Sequence record: OP752703.1
DNA: 64,000 bases
Direction: 5' to 3' (one strand)
In this document: positions 9,692 through 19,038 of the stretch, piece after piece
Layout: every line of letters begins with the position of its first letter
How positions within the stretch are numbered: the first letter of the stretch is position 1
Program-made: the position numbers and the translations under genes
Notes under the pieces: model-generated
Seen by the model: the letters and a program-made list of their open reading frames with translations, nothing else
What the model was told of the DNA's origin: nothing
Database searches by the model: none

Positions 9692-9741
9692 TATACAGAA
9701 AGGGGTTGACAGAAATGTCAGCCCCTTTTACACTTACACGC

Positions 9742-10062
9742 ATGAAAGAACACCCCCTCGACCCCCTCTGTAAACCCATTAAGAAAGGCTGGAATTGTCC
9801 CCATTGTGGCGAAAAGCCCAAGGGAGTACAGACCTACAATGGCGAAAAATGGATGACAGAAGGCAGATATTACCTCGCCCCTCATACCTGTAAGGGTGGA
9901 ACCATGATCGGTGGATTCAACTACACCGTATGGGATTGCCTGCACGAATATTGGGGGCCATGGGTTAAGGCACAACGCAAGATCATCGATAACCCTCCCC
10001 CTGTTGTCAAGCCTGTTGTTAAGAAAAGTTTTTGGCAAAAGCTCTTGACAGGCTGGAACTAA
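9742..10062 (+). CDS. Cys/His-containing hypothetical protein, probably leaderless
   Basis: TTGACA-17-TACACT-N7-ATG; CPHC motif. Confidence 0.75.
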   Translation: MKEHPLDPLCKPIKKGWNCPHCGEKPKGVQTYNGEKWMTEGRYYLAPHTCKGGTMIGGFNYTVWDCLHEYWGPWVKAQRKIIDNPPPVVKPVVKKSFWQKLLTGWN

Positions 10063-10098
10063 TCCACTATTCTACACACATCAACCACGGAGCCACAC

Positions 10099-10488
10099 AT
10101 GAACAAGCTTTTCTCTGCTAACCTCCACGTCAAGAAGATGGACGGCGGTTACAATATCACCCTGTACGTCCTCGCTGAAAGTGAAGACAAGGTGAAGGAT
10201 GCAGTTCTGTCGCTCGGCCTGTATGACCACCTGATTGACACCCTCACCAGTGAAGAAATCGACATTGTGAAGGTGCCGTATCTGGAAGTGAACGCATTCA
10301 TGGGCAAGTTCTTTGGCAAGGAGTTCGGCGACCAGCGTTTGGGTCAGGCATTCCTGAACCATTTCGGTAAGGATTATCCGCTTGTCGAAGCGAATCGCCA
10401 TGGTCCCTACTTGTGGGAAGAAAAGAACAACAACGTGGCCGTAGACAAGCTGGATGCACTTGGCCTGATCGATTGGAGCGCAAACTAA
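10099..10488 (+). CDS. Hypothetical early protein
   Basis: Cassette promoter and GGAG. Confidence 0.85.
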   Translation: MNKLFSANLHVKKMDGGYNITLYVLAESEDKVKDAVLSLGLYDHLIDTLTSEEIDIVKVPYLEVNAFMGKFFGKEFGDQRLGQAFLNHFGKDYPLVEANRHGPYLWEEKNNNVAVDKLDALGLIDWSAN

Positions 10489-10733
10489 TGCGTAAGATTA
10501 CCGCATATCAGACCGCAGACGGCCATATTCATACCTGTGCTGATAAAGCAAAGAGCCATGCAGCGAACATGCATGGGCTTGCCCTGTCAAATCTTGCCCA
10601 TCGAATGGTAAGGGAAACGGGTGCGCGCTATAGCTCTTCGGGTGAATGGCTGATGGAAAATCGCCAACTAATTGAAACCATGTATAAACTGCATGATGAC
10701 ATGAAAGTAGTTGCAGACGACGAAGAAGTCTGA
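10488..10733 (+). CDS. Hypothetical protein
   Basis: TAATG coupling; start moved to 10488. Confidence 0.78.
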   Translation: MRKITAYQTADGHIHTCADKAKSHAANMHGLALSNLAHRMVRETGARYSSSGEWLMENRQLIETMYKLHDDMKVVADDEEV

Positions 10734-10745
10734 TATAGTACACGC

Positions 10746-10961
10746 ATGAAGCACACGAACGAACAGCGTAACAAGTGGGGCCGTCACGACGCAATCAATT
10801 CCGTCACGATGGCCAACCCCATCCACAACAACTGGCGTTCGCCCTCTGGTGTGTTGCGTCATTATGATGCTGCATACGTTGATGGTTATGTCAAGGCATG
10901 GAAAGCCAAAACGGGCGAAACCCTCACGATTCTCATTGACCACTGGAACCCCAATGTCTGA
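10746..10961 (+). CDS. Hypothetical protein, probably leaderless
   Basis: TTGCAG-17-TATAGT-ACACGC-ATG. Confidence 0.75.
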   Translation: MKHTNEQRNKWGRHDAINSVTMANPIHNNWRSPSGVLRHYDAAYVDGYVKAWKAKTGETLTILIDHWNPNV

Positions 10962-11205
10962 TTTCTTCACTGGATACCACCAGCGTGCATGGAAAGCTGA
11001 TCTGGAATCCTATAAGCGTTATGCAAAACTGGCATTGAGCCAGAATGAACAACTGCGCGATATGGCGAACCGTTCCCGTCATCGTGTTCGCACCGACTGG
11101 CCGACTCATGGCAAGGTGTTCGATGCCATTGACGTTGAGTGTAACTCACTTTATAATTACGTACCACCCAAGGAAACAACTGATGAAATTGCCCAAGCTG
11201 CTTAA
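10954..11205 (+). CDS. Hypothetical protein
   Basis: 8-nt overlap; start moved to 10954. Confidence 0.7.
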   Translation: MSDFFTGYHQRAWKADLESYKRYAKLALSQNEQLRDMANRSRHRVRTDWPTHGKVFDAIDVECNSLYNYVPPKETTDEIAQAA

Positions 11206-11512
11206 ACCTGAACCCACTGGCTTTGCTGTTGCCGCTGCACCTGTCCTGCTCGCATTTGCTGTAGTGGGTTGTATGGTCAGCCTTGACCGTAAGGGCCACT
11301 ATACGGGTATTGAAGTGGTGGATCACCACTATGACCCTGCCATTGCCGCCGAACTGAACAAAAACAACTGCACTCGCTACATGCCGAGCGCTGATGAATC
11401 TCTGCTCGCGGTAAGCTGCGACCCGTCCAACGTGGTCCCTGCTGTCATCACATACACGGAACCCAAGCGCTTTGGCTGGCGTCCGTCATTCGATTACAGT
11501 CTACCGCAGTAA
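11183..11512 (+). CDS. Membrane-anchored or exported protein
   Basis: AAGGA RBS; hydrophobic FAVAAAPVLLAFAVVGCMV. Confidence 0.72.
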   Translation: MKLPKLLKPEPTGFAVAAAPVLLAFAVVGCMVSLDRKGHYTGIEVVDHHYDPAIAAELNKNNCTRYMPSADESLLAVSCDPSNVVPAVITYTEPKRFGWRPSFDYSLPQ

Positions 11513-11585
11513 AAAGATTTAAAAAGGGGTTGCCAAGTGCAGCCCCTTTTGTTATAGTACACGCATCAACTACGGAGACGTATAC

Positions 11586-11852
11586 ATGTTTGGACTGTTC
11601 AGCGGAACCCCCAAAAATGACCATATCATCGTCATTCGCAATTCGGATGGGTACATTCAGCACACGCTCTATATGCCTATGTCGAGCAAGGCTGTCATGG
11701 GGATCACCACACAGTGCCATACGCGTGGCATTGATGACTTCGGAAACCGCTTCTGGATTCTGCCGAAAGACGTTACGATGACCTTGACTGGTCCTGATGG
11801 CAGCACCTACACCATTCCGGGTGGCTACAAAATCACTTACAAGTGCGATTAA
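11586..11852 (+). CDS. Hypothetical early protein
   Basis: Hairpin promoter and GGAG. Confidence 0.85.
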   Translation: MFGLFSGTPKNDHIIVIRNSDGYIQHTLYMPMSSKAVMGITTQCHTRGIDDFGNRFWILPKDVTMTLTGPDGSTYTIPGGYKITYKCD

Positions 11853-11862
11853 GGAGCATTCC

Positions 11863-12042
11863 ATGCAAACTGAATTGATACATGTACTGTTTGAAAAGGG
11901 ACCGGAGGATACCTGTCGCCAGCCCATCGAATGGTGTAAGTCGCTGGACGAAGCCAAACGCCGCTGTGATGAACTGGCAGGCGATTCGGCCAATGATGGG
12001 TACAAGTACAGCTATTGTCAACTGCCCGGCATCATGAAATAA
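11863..12042 (+). CDS. Hypothetical protein
   Basis: AAGGAG RBS. Confidence 0.78.
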   Translation: MQTELIHVLFEKGPEDTCRQPIEWCKSLDEAKRRCDELAGDSANDGYKYSYCQLPGIMK

Positions 12043-12112
12043 GTTTTAAAAAGGGGTTGCAATTCATTTCAACCCCTGTATACTGACCACACACACCAAC
12101 GGAGCTACTGAA

Positions 12113-12256
12113 ATGAAGGCATATCTGGTTCTCTTCCGTGACAACACCCCGGCCCGCGAAGTCATCGCCGAATCCGCCGACCACGCAATGACCATGATTC
12201 CCGATGACGAAAAGCCGTGGGTTTCCTCCATCGTCCCCAACCCGACTGCCGACTAA
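12113..12256 (+). CDS. 47-aa peptide
   Basis: Hairpin promoter and GGAG; not in track. Confidence 0.72.
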   Translation: MKAYLVLFRDNTPAREVIAESADHAMTMIPDDEKPWVSSIVPNPTAD

Positions 12257-12270
12257 GGAATAATTCCTAA

Positions 12271-12870
12271 ATGATTAGCCTGAAAGAATACAATAATATC
12301 TGCACCCTCCTGAACTATCTGCGTGAGCAGTTGCATACACCGCTGGGTGACAAGTATTATCATGGCAGTTACAACACCTGTAGCATTGGCTTCGCTGCTA
12401 TTTCGGGGAAGTTCCCCTCACTGCCGATGACCGTCGAATACTACGAAAGCGGTTTGTGGAATCTCAAATATAAGGGCAATGCTGAGAATCACTCTCGCGC
12501 TGTGTTCGGTGACGATTACACAAGGCACGTTGCACTGCCCTACAATGACGTGATTATGGGTCGCCCCGAAGGAAAGAAGCAGTTGTCCTATGTCATTGAA
12601 AAGATTGAAAATCTCCTGATCGCTAATGACTATGCGGTCCCTGCTGCGACACCTGTCAAGGCGGCAAAGGTGCCGAAGGTGCCGAAGGTGAAGCAGCCGA
12701 AGGCCCCGAACCCTGCCACTGCTGGAAAGCGTATTGAAGCACGCATTGCCCGCATGGAAAAGGTCAAGGCTGACATTGCAAAGCTGGGCGTAGACGCAAA
12801 GCACTTCACCGTCAACGTTCAGAGCATGGATGCACAAATCGCCGCACTGCGTGATGCCCTCGCATCGTAA
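12271..12870 (+). CDS. Paralog family A, member 1
   Basis: YxH..CSIGFA, FGxDY, C-terminal coiled coil. Confidence 0.88.
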   Translation: MISLKEYNNICTLLNYLREQLHTPLGDKYYHGSYNTCSIGFAAISGKFPSLPMTVEYYESGLWNLKYKGNAENHSRAVFGDDYTRHVALPYNDVIMGRPEGKKQLSYVIEKIENLLIANDYAVPAATPVKAAKVPKVPKVKQPKAPNPATAGKRIEARIARMEKVKADIAKLGVDAKHFTVNVQSMDAQIAALRDALAS

Positions 12871-12878
12871 CACGAAAG

Positions 12879-12902
12879 GCCCTAGAGAAATCTAGGGCTT
12901 TT
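12879..12902 (+). terminator. Intrinsic terminator, identical to 7004-7027
   Basis: GCCCTAGA-GAAA-TCTAGGGC-TTTT. Confidence 0.88.
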
Positions 12903-12962
12903 CTCTTGCACATTCCCTAGAGTGTGTGTATACTAAACCCATACCAACCAATGGAGCTAACC

Positions 12963-13097
12963 ATGACCAACGCAACCCGCCGCAAAGCCAATCGAACCAT
13001 GTATCGCACTGCCAAGGCCGGTTATCACGCGTTCGGCTACGTCAAGATGATGGGTCGCATTGTGTCCAGCGGTAAGAACGTGGAGAAGGCATCCTAA
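12963..13097 (+). CDS. 44-aa basic peptide
   Basis: Cassette promoter and GGAG. Confidence 0.7.
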   Translation: MTNATRRKANRTMYRTAKAGYHAFGYVKMMGRIVSSGKNVEKAS

Positions 13098-13264
13098 TGC
13101 GTTACAAGATCATTACCGGCGATAACGCCGTCGAGTTTTCGCAGCAGGTTGAGGGCTATCTGCAATCAGGCTACAAGCTCCACGGGGAAACGCAAGTCAT
13201 TCAGACCAAGGAAGCGTTTAGCATCTATTACCACTTCTTCCAAGCCGTAGTTAAGGAGGATTGA
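13097..13264 (+). CDS. DUF1737-like small protein
   Basis: MRYKIITG...FSQQVEGYLQSGYKLHG...FQAVVK. Confidence 0.65.
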   Translation: MRYKIITGDNAVEFSQQVEGYLQSGYKLHGETQVIQTKEAFSIYYHFFQAVVKED

Positions 13265-13266
13265 AA

Positions 13267-13428
13267 TTGAGCATCGAAGGTCAAATTCGTGAAACTATGG
13301 CATGGCTGCGCAGCGGTAATTCAGTGCCAGTAAGTAAGCGCGATGTTACCAAGAATGAAAAATTCTGGAAAGATATTGACAAGCTCAATGAAATGGTCAA
13401 CAATGACAATCTGAATCTATCGGAGTGA
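13267..13428 (+). CDS. 53-aa protein (TTG start)
   Basis: AAGGAGG RBS. Confidence 0.62.
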   Translation: MSIEGQIRETMAWLRSGNSVPVSKRDVTKNEKFWKDIDKLNEMVNNDNLNLSE

Positions 13429-13430
13429 CC

Positions 13431-13583
13431 ATGAAAGTATCAGTCTGGAAGCGCCTCAAATCGTTTGTAAGGGGCGTTCGTGAATCCCGCGACCACCGTA
13501 TCACTAAGTACGGCCATCAGTCCAGAAACGACGCCTACGCGGCAGGAAGGGCATTCGCTCGATGGGTCATGCGAAAGCATTGA
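13431..13583 (+). CDS. 50-aa basic protein
   Basis: GGAG RBS; stop in TTGACA. Confidence 0.65.
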   Translation: MKVSVWKRLKSFVRGVRESRDHRITKYGHQSRNDAYAAGRAFARWVMRKH

Positions 13584-13633
13584 CAGAGACACCACTTCAT
13601 AGTTAAAATTCTCGTTTTAACAGGAATAAAACT

Positions 13634-13777
13634 ATGAAGTGGATTATCCCGTCTGCCCCTTGGGCTGCTGAAATGCGCCTAATCATGGAATCGCTGGGCG
13701 TTTGTATGAATGATGCCTTTAAACTGCTGAATCAACATGGAACGGCTGAGGCTGTGTTTGACCACGTAACCGCTTGA
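13634..13777 (+). CDS. 47-aa protein
   Basis: Own promoter, AGGA RBS; stop in TTGACA. Confidence 0.68.
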   Translation: MKWIIPSAPWAAEMRLIMESLGVCMNDAFKLLNQHGTAEAVFDHVTA

Positions 13778-13835
13778 CAAACGTTTAAAAGCTGCTATTC
13801 TATAACCACACACCCAAACTATAAAGAACAACAAC

Positions 13836-13967
13836 ATGAAATGGAAAGTTCTTAGCAAAAATGGCTTTTGGTTGACGACTGAATTTGCATCGTCTGAGGA
13901 TAATGCAGTAGAACAAAGTAAAATGCGTGGCTATGCCGCAGTTAAAGCAGTTTTGATGGAAGATTGA
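13836..13967 (+). CDS. 43-aa protein
   Basis: Cassette promoter; stop in TTGACC. Confidence 0.65.
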   Translation: MKWKVLSKNGFWLTTEFASSEDNAVEQSKMRGYAAVKAVLMED

Positions 13968-14021
13968 CCACAAACGTTTAAAAGCTGCTATACTATCCAC
14001 ATCAACCACGGAGCAACCATC

Positions 14022-14177
14022 ATGACCAAGTATGAAGTCACCATCGAAGGCCGCAACGGGCGTGAAATCCTGTGGACGCGCTGCTACTGGTGCTATGCAA
14101 ACGACAAGATGGATGCTGTTGCTATGGCCCGTGAAGAATACCCCAATGGCAATTATTTCAACGCAAAGGCTCACTAA
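14022..14177 (+). CDS. 51-aa protein
   Basis: Cassette promoter and GGAG. Confidence 0.72.
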   Translation: MTKYEVTIEGRNGREILWTRCYWCYANDKMDAVAMAREEYPNGNYFNAKAH

Positions 14178-14377
14178 TGGCTACCCGTATTGAACTGTTT
14201 GAACAGGCTCTAGATGATTTTGGTGAAACCGTCTATTTCTATGTGGACGGCTCATATATCCGCCGTGATGCTGGTAATGGCATGTGGCGTTTGTATGACA
14301 CCAATAATAAGAATATTGACAACGATCAATATCGACATGACCTGATGGAGCGTAACGGATTGCAGTTCCCGTATTAA
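14177..14377 (+). CDS. Hypothetical protein
   Basis: TAATG coupling. Confidence 0.78.
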   Translation: MATRIELFEQALDDFGETVYFYVDGSYIRRDAGNGMWRLYDTNNKNIDNDQYRHDLMERNGLQFPY

Positions 14378-14410
14378 AACGCGAACCCGTTACTTTAATG
14401 ATAGAAGACC

Positions 14411-14446
14411 CAAACTCCCCAAGTCAATAGATTTGGGGAGCAAAAT
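14411..14446. repeat. 36-bp element identical to 17954-17989; hairpin containing an antisense -35
   Basis: CAAACTCCCCAAGTCAATAGATTTGGGGAGCAAAAT. Confidence 0.9.
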
Positions 14447-14527
14447 TATTTTAAATTATTTGCTGAAAAGTGTTGACAGCCCCTCCGAATCTGTCTAATA
14501 TACACACATCAACCACGGAGACACACC

Positions 14528-14752
14528 ATGAACAACGAAACCACCTTCAAGACCATCGCCCGCTGCGCCCCGGCTGCTTATGCCACTCAGTTCTGCAAGG
14601 CCATGCGTAACGCAGGTTATGAAGTGGTCCGCGACAACACCGCAAAGACCATCGTGTGTAAGATGGACGGGGTTGTGGTGGCTCGCGGCATGCAGATGGG
14701 TGGCATGGGCTGGCTGATCCGCGCCAACCCGGAAGTGGTCAGCGCAAAGTAA
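14528..14752 (+). CDS. Hypothetical early protein
   Basis: Cassette promoter and GGAG. Confidence 0.85.
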   Translation: MNNETTFKTIARCAPAAYATQFCKAMRNAGYEVVRDNTAKTIVCKMDGVVVARGMQMGGMGWLIRANPEVVSAK

Positions 14753-14820
14753 TTCAACAAAGGGGGTTGTGCAAGAGTGCAACCCCCTGTATACTACACA
14801 CATCAACTACGGAGCTAACC

Positions 14821-15042
14821 ATGAACATTCTCTCCAACGCCGAAATCGCCACCGCTCTGGAAAGCATCGTGATCGGGGAATCCCGTAATGAGTATGCGCT
14901 GAACACTGCCGCGAGCCATCAGGCCATCAGCGAAAGTGAACGCGAAGTGGTTCAGAAGTTCCAGCGTCGTGAGGCTGTGACGTTCGTGGATCGTAGCATT
15001 CTGGAACAGGTTGCTGCAAAGATTCGCAAGCATTCTTTTTAA
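14821..15042 (+). CDS. Hypothetical early protein
   Basis: Hairpin promoter; start moved to 14821. Confidence 0.82.
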   Translation: MNILSNAEIATALESIVIGESRNEYALNTAASHQAISESEREVVQKFQRREAVTFVDRSILEQVAAKIRKHSF

Positions 15043-15102
15043 TTGACAGGGGAGAAATCCCCTGTTATCATACACACAACAACCCCAATCAAAGGCCATT
15101 AA

Positions 15103-15720
15103 ATGACCACTCGCGTACTGAAAGCCAACCCGACCCAGCGCAAGAACATTGCAAAGCTGGTATCGTATCTGACCCAGCAGCTTGCCGCGAAGGACAAGAC
15201 TTACAATCATAGCAACGTGGCCGCATGCACGATTGGCTTTGCCATCAAATCGGGGCTATTTGAACCGCTGAACCGCTACAGCATCAGCACTGGCCGATTC
15301 GGTGAGCCGAACGTTCATCATGCAGGCCGCAACCCCTTCACCACCGCTGTCGTGTCCGAAGTCATCATGAAGGGCCTGTTTGGCAGTGATTACGTGAATG
15401 AAATCGTGTTCCCCGGTCGTCGTGGAGTGGACAGCGATTTCCAGCCGTTCGGCAAAAAGGGCCTTAGCGCTCTGCGCTATGTCATCAAGCATATCACCAA
15501 GGTGTACGAACTGGATGCCCCGGCCCCCGCTGGCGTGGTTGCTGCCAAGGTCGAAGCCGACAACATCCGTGCGAAGGTTACTGCCCGTGTGGCCGAATTG
15601 GAAGAACTGGTAAAGGCGTGCAAAGTGGTTTACAAGCATAGCCCGCTGGACACCGTGAAGCAAACCAAGGACGCAGCCGCTACCGAACTACTGATCCTGA
15701 AAAATCTGCTGGAAAAGTAA
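15103..15720 (+). CDS. Paralog family A, member 2
   Basis: YNHS..CTIGFA, LFGSDY. Confidence 0.88.
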   Translation: MTTRVLKANPTQRKNIAKLVSYLTQQLAAKDKTYNHSNVAACTIGFAIKSGLFEPLNRYSISTGRFGEPNVHHAGRNPFTTAVVSEVIMKGLFGSDYVNEIVFPGRRGVDSDFQPFGKKGLSALRYVIKHITKVYELDAPAPAGVVAAKVEADNIRAKVTARVAELEELVKACKVVYKHSPLDTVKQTKDAAATELLILKNLLEK

Positions 15721-15784
15721 TGAAAAGGGGTTGCAGAAATGCAGCCCCTTTGCTATTATACACACATCAACTACGGAGCGAGCC

Positions 15785-15964
15785 ATGACCCACAACATGC
15801 TGTCTGTCCTGAACGGTGCAAAGCTGACCTGTTACATCGACGGTCGCCGTGTCAGCCGTGACGCATTCAATGCAATGAATGGTAGCGCAATCCGTAAGGA
15901 ATGCTTTACCACTCAGAATAAGAATGGTAAGCTCTACCATCGCCACGTAATCAGGACCATGTGA
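15785..15964 (+). CDS. Hypothetical early protein
   Basis: Hairpin promoter and GGAG. Confidence 0.8.
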   Translation: MTHNMLSVLNGAKLTCYIDGRRVSRDAFNAMNGSAIRKECFTTQNKNGKLYHRHVIRTM

Positions 15965-16173
15965 TGAATCACGATGAACTGAACGACCATATCCGCAAGA
16001 ATCTGAGCATCAATGCCGACCTGTCGTGGGCATATGATGACAGGCTCGACCCCGTGTTGCAGCTTGAAATCGGCCTGCGAATCGACGGTATCACGTTCAA
16101 TGACGTTAAGCTATCCATTCAGATGCCTAGCGAATTATTGAACAATTGTGTTGACGCGGACAAACATCGCTGA
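15961..16173 (+). CDS. Hypothetical protein
   Basis: GTGATG coupling. Confidence 0.75.
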   Translation: MMNHDELNDHIRKNLSINADLSWAYDDRLDPVLQLEIGLRIDGITFNDVKLSIQMPSELLNNCVDADKHR

Positions 16174-16212
16174 TATACTACACACATCAACCAACCACAA
16201 AGGGCTTTAACA

Positions 16213-16773
16213 ATGAAGCGTGCACGAATTACCGACAATCAGCGTTTCCAGATCACCAAGCTGGTGCAAGTGCTGACCGAACTACGTGACACTCCCGAAG
16301 CCGCGAAGTATGACCATTCCGACGTGAATACCTGCACCATCGGTTTTGCGGTCAAGTCGGGGCAGTTTGAATTCCTGAACAAGCATATTGACGTAACGCC
16401 CGCTGGTCATCCGATTGTGCGCGAAGATAGTATCTATTCCTACATGAGTATCAGCGCCATTGCCGCCAAGCTCTTTGGTTCTGATTACGACAATAATGTG
16501 GTGTTCGGCGGTGGCGAGTCGGGCATCTTCGCAGTCCCGGTCGGTGTGGAACAGCTTGATTTCATTATTAAGTTCATCGTCAATCGCTACAAGATCGAAG
16601 TTACTGCACCGAAGCCAGATGCAACCAAGATCAAGGTTCAGGCCGCGATTGACGAAAATGTCAAGCTGATTGAAGCATGTAACGTGGTGCTTGCCAAGGG
16701 CAACATTGCAAGCGTGGTGGAACGCCGTGATACGGCTATCAATGAAAACGTCCTGTTGCGACAGTTCGTGTAA
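16213..16773 (+). CDS. Paralog family A, member 3
   Basis: YDHS..CTIGFA, LFGSDY. Confidence 0.88.
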   Translation: MKRARITDNQRFQITKLVQVLTELRDTPEAAKYDHSDVNTCTIGFAVKSGQFEFLNKHIDVTPAGHPIVREDSIYSYMSISAIAAKLFGSDYDNNVVFGGGESGIFAVPVGVEQLDFIIKFIVNRYKIEVTAPKPDATKIKVQAAIDENVKLIEACNVVLAKGNIASVVERRDTAINENVLLRQFV

Positions 16774-16845
16774 TTAGTTTTAAAAAGGGGTTGCCAAGTG
16801 CAGCCCCTTTTTGTTATAGTACACGCATCAACCACGGAGATATAC

Positions 16846-17298
16846 ATGTACCCCATTCTGATTATGTGCATCGGTGCTGCAAAGGTCTGGCACACCAACA
16901 ACCAAGGCGAAGGTGCTCATTGCTTCCACAATCGCTATCCTGCTGACCTTCCTGACCCCGATCACGTCCGCCTGTTGTGTGCAAACTATGTCCGCACTCA
17001 GGCATGGGAAGCCCTGAAAATAGGCAATCGCAAGCTGCAAAAATACGGCAATGGTACAAGGGTGCGCTGGCGTTGGGCGCTTGAACCGAATCAGTGGGGT
17101 AGTGGGAAGCTCAGTGGTCGCAATTCCTACCTTGAACTGTTCACAGATCAAAAGGGCGATGAAACTGGCTCTAAGCCGCTGGTCCTGCTGGCACGTTACC
17201 CGATTTGTGGTGCAGATTTCAAGGCCCTGCCCATCCACCAGCGTCTAGCAATCGAACTGCTGTTCCGTAAGGATTGTGGCGGACACGACACCGAATAA
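16846..17298 (+). CDS. Hypothetical early protein
   Basis: Hairpin promoter and GGAG. Confidence 0.82.
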   Translation: MYPILIMCIGAAKVWHTNNQGEGAHCFHNRYPADLPDPDHVRLLCANYVRTQAWEALKIGNRKLQKYGNGTRVRWRWALEPNQWGSGKLSGRNSYLELFTDQKGDETGSKPLVLLARYPICGADFKALPIHQRLAIELLFRKDCGGHDTE

Positions 17299-17369
17299 AG
17301 TTTTAAAAAGGGGTTGCCAAGTGCAGCCCCTTTTGTTATAGTACACACATCAACCACGGAGCGCCCGCC

Positions 17370-17639
17370 ATGCTGAACATGACCTTTGAAGAAGCCAAGG
17401 CCCACGCAAACGAACTGTACGCCAAGCTCAATGAATGCAGTGCTGCCCTGAACAAATACCCGAAGGGCGATATGGGCATGGTGGCCGAATCCATCCGCAT
17501 GACCCCCGAATACAAGGCAGAAACCGCTGCATTCCGTAAGGTGTTCGAGGAACTGCGCCAGTTTAACACGGTGTATGTCAAGCAATTCAAAAAAGAATTG
17601 CGTGAGGAACGTGCAAAGAAATACGCACAAACCCCTTGA
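17370..17639 (+). CDS. Helical hypothetical protein
   Basis: Hairpin promoter; stop in TTGACA. Confidence 0.85.
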   Translation: MLNMTFEEAKAHANELYAKLNECSAALNKYPKGDMGMVAESIRMTPEYKAETAAFRKVFEELRQFNTVYVKQFKKELREERAKKYAQTP

Positions 17640-17689
17640 CAGGGGACGCGCTGTACTCTACTATACACGCATCAACCACGGAGCAAGCC

Positions 17690-17917
17690 ATGAAACCCAT
17701 GTTCGTACATGATTGCGACTGCTGCAAGCACCTTGGCACTGTGCTTGTGGCGGGTGAGTATCATGACCTGTATGCCCATCCCAATGGCATCCTAGGGACC
17801 ACTCTGGTGGCTCGTTGGAGCGACAATGGCCCTGACTATGAGTCTGCCCCTGTCCAGTACATCACCGACCTCCACAATCCCCCGTTACGCATGGCTCTTA
17901 TCGCCTACAAGGCTTAA
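17690..17917 (+). CDS. Hypothetical protein (HDCDCC)
   Basis: Cassette promoter and GGAG. Confidence 0.82.
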   Translation: MKPMFVHDCDCCKHLGTVLVAGEYHDLYAHPNGILGTTLVARWSDNGPDYESAPVQYITDLHNPPLRMALIAYKA

Positions 17918-17953
17918 AAAAGCGCCAGATCGTTACCACCATTGTGACATACA

Positions 17954-17989
17954 CAAACTCCCCAAGTCAATAGATTTGGGGAGCAAAAT
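17954..17989. repeat. 36-bp element identical to 14411-14446
   Basis: Direct comparison. Confidence 0.9.
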
Positions 17990-18071
17990 AATTTAAAAAA
18001 AGTGTTGACAAGAGTCCATAAGGGGCGTATTCTACACACATCAAGTCAACACCAACCCAACGGAGCAACCC

Positions 18072-18293
18072 ATGAACTACGTCGCCACCAACACCGCCAA
18101 CGCCGCCTCCTACGTCGCTCAGGCTGAAAGCAACATCGAACTGGTCGCTACTGGTCTGGACGCTGGCGCAAAGCACTTCTACAACAACGAAGGCCGCTAC
18201 ATCGGCACCCGCTTCACGGACGGCTCTGCAATCACCCCGACCCATGGCGGTGGCTGTGTGGAATTCCTCAGCACCTTCGCACAGGAGGGCTAA
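18072..18293 (+). CDS. Hypothetical early protein
   Basis: Cassette promoter and GGAG. Confidence 0.85.
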   Translation: MNYVATNTANAASYVAQAESNIELVATGLDAGAKHFYNNEGRYIGTRFTDGSAITPTHGGGCVEFLSTFAQEG

Positions 18294-18303
18294 GGAGTCA
18301 AGA

Positions 18304-18333
18304 GGGAGGGGCTATGGCCTCTCCCTTTATTTT
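18304..18333 (+). terminator. Intrinsic terminator
   Basis: GGGAGGGGC-TATG-GCCTCTCCC-TTTATTTT. Confidence 0.8.
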
Positions 18334-18363
18334 AAGGTAGCTATTCCCCCGTCCTTCCATCCC

Positions 18364-18392
18364 ATTTTATATTATAATTTAGCGCGAGTCAA
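18364..18392 (-). promoter_or_regulatory. Antisense sigma70-like promoter
   Basis: TTGACT-17-TAAAAT on - strand. Confidence 0.7.
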
Positions 18393-18471
18393 CAACAAAA
18401 TTAATTAAAATAATGCTTGACAAGTCGCGCGCTGTACCCTAATATACACACATCAACCACGGAGACACACC

Positions 18472-18708
18472 ATGAACTATCTCGCCATTGGTCCGTACTG
18501 CTGGGGTAAGGGTTCCACCCGTAAGGAAGCCGTTGATAAGGCAAAGGAGAATTTCCCGCACTCCTACTTCCCCAGCGTCAAGCGTGTGGCTGACAAGCAT
18601 TTCAGCATCTACACCAGCGAGGGCGTGTTCACTGTCGATGGCATGGGGGATATTCAATCCACCGCTAACGATATTGTCAAGGTCCAGAAATCGATTCTGG
18701 CTGATTAA
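18472..18708 (+). CDS. Hypothetical early protein
   Basis: Cassette promoter and GGAG. Confidence 0.85.
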   Translation: MNYLAIGPYCWGKGSTRKEAVDKAKENFPHSYFPSVKRVADKHFSIYTSEGVFTVDGMGDIQSTANDIVKVQKSILAD

Positions 18709-18777
18709 TCAGCCAAGGGGGTTGACAATCCAGTCAGCCCCCTTTACTATACACACATCAACCACGGAGACGCACAC

Positions 18778-18984
18778 ATGAAGTTTCTGGATTTTGGCGG
18801 CGAACCGATCAACGTCAAGCTGGCTGCGCAGTTCACCTACAAGGGCCTGACCATTTCCGCCTCCACCATCTTCACCCCCTACGCCTCCATTGCCATTCTG
18901 GATGCTGAGGGTGAATTCCTCGCTACCGATCTGAACAGCGTGGAAGAAGCCATCGCCCTGATCGACAATGGCACGGTGGGTTGA
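18778..18984 (+). CDS. Hypothetical early protein
   Basis: Hairpin promoter; stop in TTGACA. Confidence 0.85.
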   Translation: MKFLDFGGEPINVKLAAQFTYKGLTISASTIFTPYASIAILDAEGEFLATDLNSVEEAIALIDNGTVG

Positions 18985-19038
18985 CACAAACCCACTGACC
19001 AGTTAAACTAACACACATCCACTCACCATAGGAACACC

